A DNA stretch of 64,000 nucleotides from an uncultured Nitrospiraceae bacterium (GTDB taxonomy: Bacteria; Nitrospirota; Nitrospiria; Nitrospirales; Nitrospiraceae), in NCBI GenBank assembly GCA_963794505.1, contig CAWCEG010000046.1, forward strand, positions 34,341 to 98,340, in the 5' to 3' direction. Numbering within the stretch: position 1 is the first letter of the stretch; each line of letters begins with the position of its first letter. The notes under the pieces were generated by a model. That model made no database searches and was not told the origin of the DNA. It saw nothing but the letters and a program-made list of their open reading frames with translations. The position numbers and the translations under genes are program-made. This document shows, one piece after another, positions 32,334 through 43,053 of this stretch.

Positions 32334-34500
32334 ATGATGGACTATCGGAAGGCTCACGAGAAGCTCGACATGGATCACAGTGACAAGCCCGCCATCGTCC
32401 TCGTGGCAGACGACGACAAAGCTGTCAGGCGGTTCGCCCGTACGGCGATTGAGCAAATCGGCCTGGAGGTCTGCGAGGCTTCGAACGGCAGAGAGGTGCT
32501 GGAGCAATTTGCCATTCGGCATCCTGACGTCATTGTCTTGGATGTCATGATGCCGGTGATGGACGGGTTTGCCGCCTGTTCGAAGCTGCGCGGGGAGGCC
32601 GGAGGCGGCCAGATCCCCATTTTGATGATGACCGGCCTAGATGATGCTGATGCGATTGCCAGGGCCTATGAGCATGGTGCGACCGATTTTATCACGAAGC
32701 CGCTCAATCCGACGATTCTAAGCCAGCGAGTACGGTATCTGTTGCGCGGGAGCCGCACCTTGACGGCGTTGTTGCGAAGTGAAGCCAGACTGGGACTCGC
32801 GCAGCGGATTGCTAAAATTGGCAACTGGGAATGGCAGCCGCAGACTGGGCGATTCTCAGCTTCCTATGAATTGTGCCGGTTGATGGGCATCCGGCCGCAG
32901 GATTTCGGCGGAACGCTGGACGCGTTCCTCCATGCCGTCGAGGCCGAGGACCGTGAACGGGTACATCACGCGCTCACCCATATTCTCACCGAGCGAACGC
33001 CGTGCGATATCGATCACCGGATCGTCCTGCCGAATGGAAGTGACTTCACGGTGAACCTACAGGCCGAGGCCGTCTTCGACGAACAACTACACGCCTTGAC
33101 CATCGTGGGAACGGCGCAGGACATCAGCGAGCGCAAGCGATCCGAGCGGGAAATCCACCGGCTGGCATACTTTGACAGCCTGACAGGCCTTCCCAACCGG
33201 GTGCTCTTCAAGGACCGCGTGACGCAGGCGATCGCTCATGCCCGTCGCTACCAATATAATTTGGCGCTCCTTTTTCTGGATCTGGACCGCTTCAAGGTCA
33301 TCAATGACACGTTGGGACATCACATCGGCGATCTGCTGCTCAAGCACGTAGCGGACCGCCTGACGGATTCGGTTCGTCACAGCGATTCGGTCGGCCGGAC
33401 GACAGATAACGATCGCAATCATGAGCTGGCACGCCTCGGGTGGGGACGAGTTCACGGTGCTGCTGACGAATCTACGGGACCTTCAAGACGCGGGCAAAGT
33501 AGCCAGACGGATTCTCGAAGCCTTGGCACGCCCATTCTCTATCAACGGACATGAAATCTTCGTGACCGTGAGCATCGGAATTGCCATCTTTCCGGCCGAC
33601 GGCGACTCGGTAGATATCCTGCTCAAGAGCTCCGACACGGCCATGTATCACGCCAAGGAGCAGGGTCGTAACAACATTCAATACTATTCGAATGCGATGA
33701 ACACGGCAGCCAACGAACGCTTGATGCTCGAAGCCGAGGTCCACCGAGCAACGAAGCAAGAAGAGTTTGTGGTCTATTATCAGCCGCAGGTCGACTTGCG
33801 CAGCGGCCGGATCGTCGGTGCGGAAGTGTTCATCCGGTGGCTCCATCCGCAGCGCGGCCTGCTGGGACCCAGCGAATTTCTTCAGGCTGCTTCCGATACG
33901 GGAATCATCCGCGCGATTGACGAATGGGTGCTGCGCACGGCTTGCCGCCAGGCGCTGGCCTGGCAGCAGCGGGGGCTCACGGTGCCCAGCGTGTCCGTCA
34001 ACGTATCCAACTCATTGTTTCACGGCAGCACGCTCTTACAAGCAGTTCAGGACGCATTGGACGAAACAGGTCTCACTCCCGATCGGCTTGAACTGGAATT
34101 GACGGAACCGATCGCGATGCGCAATCTGGAGGCATCGTTGACGATCCTGCATCAATTGAAAACCTTGGGCGTGCAATTGGCGATTGACGACTTCGGGACG
34201 GGATATTCTTCGCTGAGCTATCTGCAACAGCTGCCGTTTAACCGAGTGAAGATCGATCAATCATTTATCCGCGAACTCCTCGTCAAGGCCCAACCGGTTC
34301 CCATCGTGCGGGCGATCATTGCGATGGCCCATAGCCTCCAACTGGATGTGCTCGGAGAGGGGGTCGAAGAGGAGCCGCAACGGGCGATCCTCCTCGCTGA
34401 AGGGTGCGACCAGGCGCAAGGGTACTTGTTCGGGCGTCCGATGCCGGCAGCGGAGTTCGAACTGCTCCTTCCGCCGCTTGCCTTTCCTAAGGCATGCTAG
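32334..34500 (+). CDS. REC-PAS-GGDEF-EAL diguanylate cyclase/phosphodiesterase (frameshift near 33440)
   Basis: Receiver DVMMP, DSLTGLPNR, GGDEF, YYQPQ..EVF, DDFGTGYSS, EGVE, QGY. Confidence 0.92.
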
Positions 34501-36195
34501 TCAGGACTTCGAGCGATACCCGTAGAGGAGCGTGATATTGATGCGGCGGCTGAGATAGTCGTCCTTGAACGAGAGGTCATCGGTTTCATGAAACAAATCT
34601 GAATTGAAGACGACGGCTCGGTTCGCCCGATAGGGAATCTTGATCGCCTGCGCGCCCACCTCCTTGAGCCATGCTAAAATCTTCGGTTTGTTGCGGTCGC
34701 TGTTGTACTCCTTGAAATTCCAGTCCAGCGGCGCTTCTTTGTCATAGACAACGAGTCCGCCGGTCGCCGGATCCAGATTCGCCTCGTCCTGAGTGATCCA
34801 GAAATTGACGTTCACGGCCGCGGCATCGGCATGAATGTTCAGCCCCCGCCTGGCGCTATCATGTTTGAACGCCCAGGCTTGGGTCAGGCGGTGGCCCGAG
34901 AAAATCCGCGGAAACTTCTGCCGCAGTTCGTCCGCAATCTGAAAAAGCAACGGTGATGCGAATCCGTCGCCAAGGAACGCGCCGCTGTAGCCATTCTCAT
35001 AATCCTTCTTCCAGATCGTCGCTTCCCAGCAAAACCGGCGCAAGGAGTCGAGGGCGGCCTGGTTCAAGAGATCGTCGATAAACGTCACTTCAGGACGCCT
35101 GGCGTGGTACTGCGCTTCCACCGCAACAACATCGAGCAAAGGATTTAGCACGCCATCGCCGATTCTGGGAGGAGGTTCACAATTGAGGATGCGATTAAAG
35201 GAGGGCGCGATGGCCGTGAACTCACTGGGCGCCACCGAGAGACGGTTTCCAGGGCTCGAATTGCTGTCCAGCCGTTCCTGCAGCTGGTGCAAGGACTGCG
35301 CATACGGACGATGGTCCTCTCCCAGTTTGCGTCGTTCGAGCAAGAACTGCACCTGCTCGGCATCATGCTTGATCCGCGACCGATAGATGACTGTGTCCGA
35401 CATCAATGAACGGTGATCATGTCTGGACCGCGCGACCTCGTGCAAACGGCGGCAAGCTTCAATCTCATCACCTGCCCACGACCATGCCATGCCGAGATTA
35501 TATCGGGCCAATTGATAGCCAGGGAGGATGGAGAGAGCTTGCTCAAAGCATCCGATCGCTTCGTGAAGCGTGCCGATTTCCATGAGTGCCAACCCCAGGT
35601 TGTTCAACGCCTCGGCATGTGTCGGCTTCAGTTCGAGGGCCCGGCGGTAGCAGGCAACGGCATCCTGGGTGTGGCCTTGCTCTTTTTTTGCGACGCCCAG
35701 GTTGTTATGCGTGTCGGCATGGGAAGGATTGAGCTTCAATGCGTGTTCATAAGCGGTCACTGCCCCTGATAGATCTCCGGTATCGCGAAGCACATTTCCC
35801 AGATTCCCATAGGCCTCGGGATAACGAGAATTGAGCGCGATAGCTTTTTCATAAGCGGTTACCGCCTCCGACGAACGGCCGGCTTTTTGCGATACCACGC
35901 CAAGATTGAACCAGTAGACAGGCGAAGAAGGTTGTCGTTCGACCGCAGCATGGAGGCAACGGAGGGATTCAGTGAGACGGTTCAAACGGTAGGTGACGAG
36001 CCCCAGTAGATGGAAGGACTCGGCATCATGGGGAGCAAGCTCGAGGGCGTGTCGATAGGCGTCCTCCGCCTCGACCAGTCGACCAGCCTGTTGATGAACC
36101 CGGCCTTGATTGAGCCAGGCCTGGACCGCGGTTTGATGTCTCGTCTCTCGTGACGCTTCTTGACGGCGTCGATCTGCTCGATTCATGATGCTCAA
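34501..36195 (-). CDS. TPR-repeat protein with a C-terminal 2OG-Fe(II) oxygenase-like domain
   Basis: About 7 TPRs (NLG..A..AL); HAD...LFHET...RINITL resembles HxD..H..R. Confidence 0.82.
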   Translation of the reverse strand: MSIMNRADRRRQEASRETRHQTAVQAWLNQGRVHQQAGRLVEAEDAYRHALELAPHDAESFHLLGLVTYRLNRLTESLRCLHAAVERQPSSPVYWFNLGVVSQKAGRSSEAVTAYEKAIALNSRYPEAYGNLGNVLRDTGDLSGAVTAYEHALKLNPSHADTHNNLGVAKKEQGHTQDAVACYRRALELKPTHAEALNNLGLALMEIGTLHEAIGCFEQALSILPGYQLARYNLGMAWSWAGDEIEACRRLHEVARSRHDHRSLMSDTVIYRSRIKHDAEQVQFLLERRKLGEDHRPYAQSLHQLQERLDSNSSPGNRLSVAPSEFTAIAPSFNRILNCEPPPRIGDGVLNPLLDVVAVEAQYHARRPEVTFIDDLLNQAALDSLRRFCWEATIWKKDYENGYSGAFLGDGFASPLLFQIADELRQKFPRIFSGHRLTQAWAFKHDSARRGLNIHADAAAVNVNFWITQDEANLDPATGGLVVYDKEAPLDWNFKEYNSDRNKPKILAWLKEVGAQAIKIPYRANRAVVFNSDLFHETDDLSFKDDYLSRRINITLLYGYRSKS

Positions 36196-36285
36196 AGGTG
36201 ATCTGTCGAGAGTAGCCGAAAAACCTGTCGAGCGTCAAAGGAGTGTGCGGGTTCCTTTGTCTAACCCCCGGGAGGCGATGCGAGT

Positions 36286-36603
36286 ATGAAGGTGATTAAT
36301 CTGTCGACATTTCAACTGTTTAGTCAGGAGAAAATGAAGAAAAACAACATCTTTCAAACGCCACGGTTTTTCTGCGATGTCTATTGTTTTGAACCGGGGC
36401 AGGAGCAAAAAGGGCATGTGCATGGTGAGCAGGACAAAGTTTACCTCGTCTTGGAAGGGGAAGGCACGTTTCAGGTCGGAAGCGATACGCAAGTGCTGGG
36501 GCCAGGGCAGGGAACCATGGCTCCAGCCGGCGAAGAGCATGGGGTCAAAAATGACAGCGGGCAGCGGCTCAAAGTGCTGGTCTTTGTGGCGCCGAACCCG
36601 TGA
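36286..36603 (+). CDS. Cupin-2 domain protein
   Basis: HVHGEQDKVYLVLEGEG, PAGEEHGVKN; GGAGG RBS. Confidence 0.88.
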   Translation: MKVINLSTFQLFSQEKMKKNNIFQTPRFFCDVYCFEPGQEQKGHVHGEQDKVYLVLEGEGTFQVGSDTQVLGPGQGTMAPAGEEHGVKNDSGQRLKVLVFVAPNP

Positions 36604-36660
36604 AATGTTCGACGACTAGCTTTCCGCTATGTGCGGGTTCGAGCAGAGCGCCGGCAGGCG

Positions 36661-38051
36661 TCAGTTGTCTTTATTAATTTTTTTCAACCGGCGATCGAGT
36701 GCGAAGCGCGTCAAGCCAAGCTGTTTGGCGGCGAGGCTTTTGTTGTAGTCGGACAACCGCAAGGTTTCTTCGATGATGCTGTCTTCGATCTCTCCGAGCG
36801 TCTGCTTGCCGACCTGCATCTCGACGCGAATCACTTGGGTATCGCCTTGCGAGACCGAGGTGGCTGCCTGTTTAACTGGGTCGCGCAATTCACGCGGTAG
36901 ACTGCCGGCGGTCAGCGTTCTCGCGGTACAGAAAATCATGGCCCGCTCGATGATGTTCTGAAGCTCTCTGATGTTACCTGGATAATGGTATCGCACCAAG
37001 AGGGTGCGAGCTTCGGCATCAATTTCAGTTACATCCTTGCCGAATTCCTTTCCGTAATGCAGCAGAGATCTCATGCTCAAGGGCAGAATATCTTCCGTCC
37101 TCTTTCTGAGGGGGGGAGCTCCAGCGCCACGACGTTCAGACGGAAAAAGAGGTCTTCGCGGAACACGCCGGCAGCGATATCTTTTTTCAGGTCCCTGTTG
37201 GTGGCGGCGATCAGGCGAAAATCCACCGCGATATCGGTGGTTCCTCCCAGACGGCGAAATGTCCGTTCTTGTAGCACTCTGAGCAATTTGGCCTGCATGC
37301 CCAAGTCGAGGTCGCCGATTTCATCCAGGAATAAGGTACCGCCCTCGGCCCGGTCCAACAGGCCGAGTTTACGTTGGTGGGCGCCGGTAAAGGCGCCGCG
37401 CTCGTAGCCGAACAATTCGCTCTCGAACAGATCGCGCGGAATGGCGGTGCAATTTACCCCGATGAAAGGATGGGACGCCCGGCTGCCGTTGTGATGCAGT
37501 ACCCGGGCCACGAACTCCTTACCGGTGCCGGTTTCACCCAGCATGAGGACCGTGCTCTTGGGATTGTGTGCGACCTCGCGAATTTGGCCCAACAAACCCT
37601 TCATGGCGGCGCTGTCGGCAACCAAATGGTCAATGCCGTATTCGTCCAAATCCCGCTCGTTCTGATACGTCATGCGGCGCCGGAGCGCTAACAGTTCCAA
37701 CGCCCGATCCAATACCTGTTCCATCCCGTCGAGATCTACCGTCTTGATGACGAAGTCGTAGGCGCCAAGCTTCATCGCTTCGACGGCGTCCTGGACCGTG
37801 CCATAAGCGGTGAGCATAATGACTAATGCGAAAGGAGCCTTGACGCGACAGGCTTTCAACGCCTCCAGACCGGATAGGCCTGGCATTTTGACGTCAAGGA
37901 GCATGAGGTCCGGCACCTCGTGATCCAACGCCTGCAGCAGGGCTTCACCAGATTCGAAGGCTGCCACTCGATGCTGCCGCCGGCTAAGGCGCTTCACGAG
38001 AGCCGATCGGATCGCGGGCTCGTCGTCTGTGACGAAGATCGTCGCGTTCAT
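36661..38051 (-). CDS. sigma54-dependent response regulator, NtrC family (homopolymer frameshift near 37110)
   Basis: REC domain, GETGTGKE, ESELFGYERGAFTGA, FLDEIG, YPGNIREL, Fis-type HTH. Confidence 0.93.
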
Positions 38052-39976
38052 GTGGCAAGTCCTGCGTGATGGGGCGACAGCGGCAGCCAAAGCCTGGCTG
38101 TCGTGCCGCTGCCCGGCTCACTGGTCAACGCGATATCTCCCCCGTGGGCCTCCGCGATGTTCCGGCAAATGGCCAATCCCAATCCGGTCCCATGATGCTT
38201 GCCCGTCGTAAAGAACGGCTGGAACACCTGGGCCAAGTCCTTCGGCGCGATGCCGGAGCCCGTGTCGGAGATTTCGATGAACATGCCGGCATGCCCGGCG
38301 CGGACCGCTTCTCCGGCGGCGATATGCAGCTGTCCCTTGGCCGGCATGGCATCAAGGGAATTATGACAAAGATTGAGGAGCACCTGTTTGATCTGGTCAC
38401 GGTCTGCGTGGGCGATCAGCCCCAGCGGGCAGGATCGCACCACACTTATTCGCTGAGTTTCGAACCGCACATCCAACAGTTTCAACACTTCGTCAATTAT
38501 CCCGTCCACCGCCCAGGTCGTCGTCATTAATTCCCGGGGTCTCGCATAGTCGATAATTTGATTGACAATGCGGTCGAGGCGACGGGTCTCATTCAGAATA
38601 ATGTCGAGATCCGCGCGCCTTTCATCAGAAGGGTCGATTTCGTCTCGAAGAAGAGCCGCGGTTGACCCGATGCCGACCAGGGGATTACGAATTTCATGCG
38701 CGATCCCGGCGGCGACCTGTCCCAATGTCGCCAATCGCTCGGCCCGGCTGAGCTGCTGCTGCATGTCGTCAAGCGCCGTAATGTCGATATTGAATCCTTG
38801 GTACATCGTCGTCTGGCCTTCTTTGTTGCGTATCGGAATACGCCGGCTTAGCACCTTTCGGATGGATCCATCCTGATGAAGAAATCGAAAGACCGTTTCG
38901 TAGGGACGGTCTTCCGCAACGGCTTTTGTGTACTCCTCCAGCACCCGATCGCGATCCTCCGGATGAATCCAGTGGCGGAACGCCCCCGGCTCGTCTGAGT
39001 CATCCGGATCCAGGCCGGCAAGGAGGCGGTTGTAACGGTTACTGAACGTGACGGTCATGCCCGCGGTGGAAAAAATCCCGAGGGGCGCATGGTCGACGAT
39101 ACTGCGATATTTTCCCTCGGAGGCCGCCAGATCCTCGTTCAGGGTGCGCAATTCCGTCTGGTTTCTCTGAACGCTCGCGAGGTATTCCCGCACCTGGTGG
39201 CTCATCGCGCCCATGACACGGGTCAGTTCTCCCAGCTCATCCTGCCGCGCTAAGACGGGTACATCAGCCGGCACGAGGCCGTCCGACGAGCGGACCGACT
39301 TGGCCAGGCTGGTCAACGGGCCGGTAATTGAGCGCGCGATCAGTTGCAAGGCCAGCACCATCAGGACGAACACCAGCCCGATGCCCCACAACAGACGGGC
39401 CACAATGGAATTGCGAGCACGCGACATGTTCGCGAGCGCATCGTTGAGCGCCTCCTGCTCAAGTCGGTCAAAACGGGCCATGTGGTCGCGAACCGTTTGC
39501 ATGAGGGCCTGTCCCCGGCCTTGCTCCATGTAGCGCAGCGCTTCGGTCGTTTGTCCTTTTTTAGCCAATCGGATCAAGCCTTCCTTTTCCGTCATCAATT
39601 GCGCGACGAGACGTTGCACCGTTTGCACCGTTTCGTACTGCGGTCGGTGAGGACGGACAAGGCCCAGCAACGCCTGTTCGACTGAGGGAAGATGCTGATG
39701 CGCGTTTCGCGAAGGAATCAAATAGCCGTCCTGGCGGGTCATGACGTAGCCACGAAAACCGGTTTCGTAGTCCACGATCAGCCGCATGTATTCCGCTGCT
39801 GCGCGCTGGGCCACATAGACGCGATCCAGCTGTTCTTCATGCTCAGTCAAGGTCTCAAGACTCCGGTAGGTCTCGACGCCAAGTACCAAGAAGGCCGCCA
39901 AGGGAATAAGCACCGTGAGCAGGAGTTTTCTGGCGATGGGCAGGTTATTGAAAAACCGGATGAACTGTCGCTGCAT
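38048..39976 (-). CDS. CHASE3-HAMP-PAS sensor histidine kinase
   Basis: ETGFRGY (CHASE3), DELGEL (HAMP), IHPEDR (PAS), AHEIRNPL, DTGSG, PFFTT, GTGLGL. Confidence 0.92.
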   Translation of the reverse strand: MQRQFIRFFNNLPIARKLLLTVLIPLAAFLVLGVETYRSLETLTEHEEQLDRVYVAQRAAAEYMRLIVDYETGFRGYVMTRQDGYLIPSRNAHQHLPSVEQALLGLVRPHRPQYETVQTVQRLVAQLMTEKEGLIRLAKKGQTTEALRYMEQGRGQALMQTVRDHMARFDRLEQEALNDALANMSRARNSIVARLLWGIGLVFVLMVLALQLIARSITGPLTSLAKSVRSSDGLVPADVPVLARQDELGELTRVMGAMSHQVREYLASVQRNQTELRTLNEDLAASEGKYRSIVDHAPLGIFSTAGMTVTFSNRYNRLLAGLDPDDSDEPGAFRHWIHPEDRDRVLEEYTKAVAEDRPYETVFRFLHQDGSIRKVLSRRIPIRNKEGQTTMYQGFNIDITALDDMQQQLSRAERLATLGQVAAGIAHEIRNPLVGIGSTAALLRDEIDPSDERRADLDIILNETRRLDRIVNQIIDYARPRELMTTTWAVDGIIDEVLKLLDVRFETQRISVVRSCPLGLIAHADRDQIKQVLLNLCHNSLDAMPAKGQLHIAAGEAVRAGHAGMFIEISDTGSGIAPKDLAQVFQPFFTTGKHHGTGLGLAICRNIAEAHGGDIALTSEPGSGTTARLWLPLSPHHAGLAT

Positions 39977-40055
39977 AAAGGGCCGTTACGCTCCTTGCGC
40001 CTCATCGTAAGTAGAGGAGAGAAACCGTGTCAATCATGAGAAGAGTCGACCATGG

Positions 40056-41540
40056 TCACCGATTGCTGAAATTCGTGCCATTGAGCCGTTCCGGAGCAAC
40101 AGGTTCCCGAGGGGGCGGCAGCCCGGCCGCGGCTCCCAGCCGTTGAGATCCTGGGCCGATCGCCGGTGATAGGGGGGAAAAACTGGAGCCGAGATCGGGG
40201 CTTCTGGAAGGAACGTATGATTCGGATGGCGGAGGACGCTCAAGACGGCGAGGCCCGCCGAGCAGCTCATTGGTCGACCGCTCCATATCTGAACGAATGG
40301 AAGGACCGCCATCATGGAGCGATCTCTTTTGCGGTGATTCCGGCGCCTCTACATTGGACCGGACATTGCCGGCCATAACGCCTTGTGCCATCACTTCGGC
40401 GCTGGTCAACTCATTCCCGTACACGTCGGTCTGGTACTCTTCGGTATCCGCTTTCGCGAGCGACGACCACACCGAATTGCCCGGCTCGCTCACTCTGATT
40501 TTTGTGACGGTCGACAACCCCGGGCGAAGGGGATGTTCACGGATTTCATCGGCCGATAACGCGATGCGAACCGGGACCCGTTCAGTAATATGAATGAAGT
40601 TCCCCGTCGAATTGTCCGGAGGCATGAGTGCGAAGGGGCTGCCAGTTCCGGGGACGAGACCTTCGACCATGCCGTGAAACGTATATTTTCCTCCGTAGAG
40701 ATCGACGCGAACTTCAGCCGCCTGCCCCGGACGGATATCGCCCAATTCGGTTTCCCGCAGATTGGCTTCTACCCAGAGGTGGTCCAACGGTACGATCGTC
40801 ATGAGATTGGTTCCAGGCTTGACCCGGTCACCGACCTGCGCCTTGCGCTTTGCGACATAGCCGGACACCGGTGCGCGGATTAGCTGCCGCGCGAATTCAA
40901 GATGCGCATTGATGTATTCATGCTTGGCGAGCTCGACGGCAGGGTGTTCCATAACCGTGGTGCCGCCGATTTCGGCGTCGAGGGCGTCGTATTCGGCTTG
41001 CGCTTCCCGCACCTCCGCCTCGAGCCCCGCCAGCTGATCCATGGCGTTCTGCAGAATTTGTTTCGATACCGCACCGCTGGGAGAGGCCTTCCGATATCGG
41101 GCCACGTCATGGCGGATGACGTCGAGTCTGGCCCGCCGCGCCGTGAGCTTTTCTCCCAGCTGCCGTTGCGTAAAGAACAGCGCGTTGATCCGGCGAACGG
41201 TTTCGCCAAGCCGGCCGCGCGCACGTCCCAGCGCCGCGTAGGCCTCATGTTCGTCGAGGCGGATCATCACATCGCCGCGATTGACGAATTGTGTCTCTTC
41301 GAACAGCACCTGCGTGACGATTCCCGTCGCCTGAGCGGCCACCGGTACGAGATTGCCTGTTACATACGCATTGTCGGTTTGCACCCAGAACCGGGCTGTG
41401 GTCCACCAGTAAATGCCGCAGGCCGCCGCCGCGACCAGGAGTACGACGGCCATCATCAACAGGCGGCGGTTCCGCTGAGCATGGATCGACTCTTCATGCA
41501 TGTGAGGCGCCGGAGGAAGCATGGAATGGGTACTGCTCAT
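40056..41540 (-). CDS. EmrA/HlyD-family efflux adaptor with a Pro/Ser-rich C-terminal tail
   Basis: TDNAYVTG, IRAPVSG, WVEANLRET, PPDNSTGNF..RVPVRI. Confidence 0.9.
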   Translation of the reverse strand: MSSTHSMLPPAPHMHEESIHAQRNRRLLMMAVVLLVAAAACGIYWWTTARFWVQTDNAYVTGNLVPVAAQATGIVTQVLFEETQFVNRGDVMIRLDEHEAYAALGRARGRLGETVRRINALFFTQRQLGEKLTARRARLDVIRHDVARYRKASPSGAVSKQILQNAMDQLAGLEAEVREAQAEYDALDAEIGGTTVMEHPAVELAKHEYINAHLEFARQLIRAPVSGYVAKRKAQVGDRVKPGTNLMTIVPLDHLWVEANLRETELGDIRPGQAAEVRVDLYGGKYTFHGMVEGLVPGTGSPFALMPPDNSTGNFIHITERVPVRIALSADEIREHPLRPGLSTVTKIRVSEPGNSVWSSLAKADTEEYQTDVYGNELTSAEVMAQGVMAGNVRSNVEAPESPQKRSLHDGGPSIRSDMERSTNELLGGPRRLERPPPSESYVPSRSPDLGSSFSPLSPAIGPGSQRLGAAAGLPPPREPVAPERLNGTNFSNR

Positions 41541-41544
41541 TGGT

Positions 41545-43053
41545 TCAGCTCGGTTGTCCGGTCGGTCGCCGTTCGATGTCGGGATTGTGATAGCCGCCGC
41601 CCAGTGCCTCGATCAGGTCGACTGCGGCGACAAATTGGTCGCTTTCCAACGCCTTCATCGAATACTCCTGTTCGAGCACCGGATAGCGGTGCCGCAAGAC
41701 CTCGCGGTCGTCGTCAAGGCCCGCCACCAGCCGCACTTTGGCCAATCGCCAATCATCGCGCAGCGAGGCCACGAGGCGACGATGAGAGTCCAGCATCTCT
41801 CCGGTGGTCTGCCAGGCGCTAAGACTGTCCGCCACCTCTCGCAAGGCGCTTAGCAAGGTGTCGTTATACAGTTCGACGGCGGCATCATATTCCGCCCGGT
41901 GGACCGCGAGTTCTCCACGCAGCCGGCCGCCTTCAAACAACGGGAGACGGATGCCCGGCGCAATGCCATAGGAAAAGCTTTGGCCGCTGAACAAGAAATT
42001 GGCCAATTTGTCGGCGCCTTTTGTCAGAGTCAGAGCATTGAAGCCGACGAACGCCGTCAGGTCGATGGTCGGATAGAACTGAGTCTTGGCCACTTTCACC
42101 AGCCGGGCCGCCGAATCCGCGCGATAGAGTGCGGCCGCCAAATCGGGGCGGTGCACCAGCAATCCCATCGAGAGATGCTCGGGTATAGGAATGGCGCGGA
42201 CAACGGCGGCTGCTGTTCCATCGAACAGACGGAGACCATCGTCAGGGCCTTTGCCGACCAATCTTGCGAGCAGGTGCCGCTGGACATCCAGCTGATCGCG
42301 CACTCCCGCCTGCCGTTTGAGGGCGGCTTCGTATTCCGCTATGGTCTGCTTGACTGCCAGATCATTGTCGAGGCCCAGCTTGAATCGTGTTTCTGCAAGC
42401 TGCCGAAGCTGGCGCCGAAGGTCCACGATGGCGCGTACCAATTCAAGCTGCCGGTGAAGCGCCCGTCCGCGAAAATAAGCGCGGGCAATTCCCGTGGTCA
42501 GACGCAGACGGACTTCGGCCCGTTCGGCTTCTTCGGCGGCCGCTTGGCCCAGTGCTCCCTCGAGCATGGCGCGGTTCTTCCCCCAGAAATCGAATTCATA
42601 GCGAAAGCTCAACGGATTGATGATCCCAAGGAGAATCCGTGCGCCTGCGACTTCCGGATTCAGCGCGGCGAATACACCATGTTGAGAGATGCGCTCATAA
42701 GTTAGTGAGGCGTCCGCTTCCAAAAATGGCAGCAAACGCGCGCCTTCGACCTTCACGAGCCCCTGAGCTTCACGCAAGCGCGCTGACGCCACCTTGAGGC
42801 CCGGGTTTTCGTTGAGCGCAAGGTCCATCAATCCATTCAGCTCCGCACTGCCGAACTGTTCCCACCAGCGATCCTCTGGCCACTGTTGTAGCCGGTTCGT
42901 GACTTCGGCCAGCGTTTCTTGCATTTCGGGTGCCTCAAGATAAGCGGCAGGCGGATCTCCTTTGGGGATCCAGGCACAGCCAGACGCCATCATGAGCGCC
43001 AAGGCACCCAGCACGCTCAGTCGGTGGGTGATCGATGGAATTGTGACGGTCAT
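41545..43053 (-). CDS. Outer-membrane efflux lipoprotein (NodT/TolC family)
   Basis: Lipobox ASGC, WWEQFG, EFDFWGK, RPDL, ALGGG. Confidence 0.92.
   Translation of the reverse strand: MTVTIPSITHRLSVLGALALMMASGCAWIPKGDPPAAYLEAPEMQETLAEVTNRLQQWPEDRWWEQFGSAELNGLMDLALNENPGLKVASARLREAQGLVKVEGARLLPFLEADASLTYERISQHGVFAALNPEVAGARILLGIINPLSFRYEFDFWGKNRAMLEGALGQAAAEEAERAEVRLRLTTGIARAYFRGRALHRQLELVRAIVDLRRQLRQLAETRFKLGLDNDLAVKQTIAEYEAALKRQAGVRDQLDVQRHLLARLVGKGPDDGLRLFDGTAAAVVRAIPIPEHLSMGLLVHRPDLAAALYRADSAARLVKVAKTQFYPTIDLTAFVGFNALTLTKGADKLANFLFSGQSFSYGIAPGIRLPLFEGGRLRGELAVHRAEYDAAVELYNDTLLSALREVADSLSAWQTTGEMLDSHRRLVASLRDDWRLAKVRLVAGLDDDREVLRHRYPVLEQEYSMKALESDQFVAAVDLIEALGGGYHNPDIERRPTGQPS

Noticed and set aside
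33780-33850. Inactive EAL domain (EVF instead of EAL)
   Set aside because: The motif Glu and the other catalytic motifs (DDFGTG, KID, EGVE, QGY) are retained
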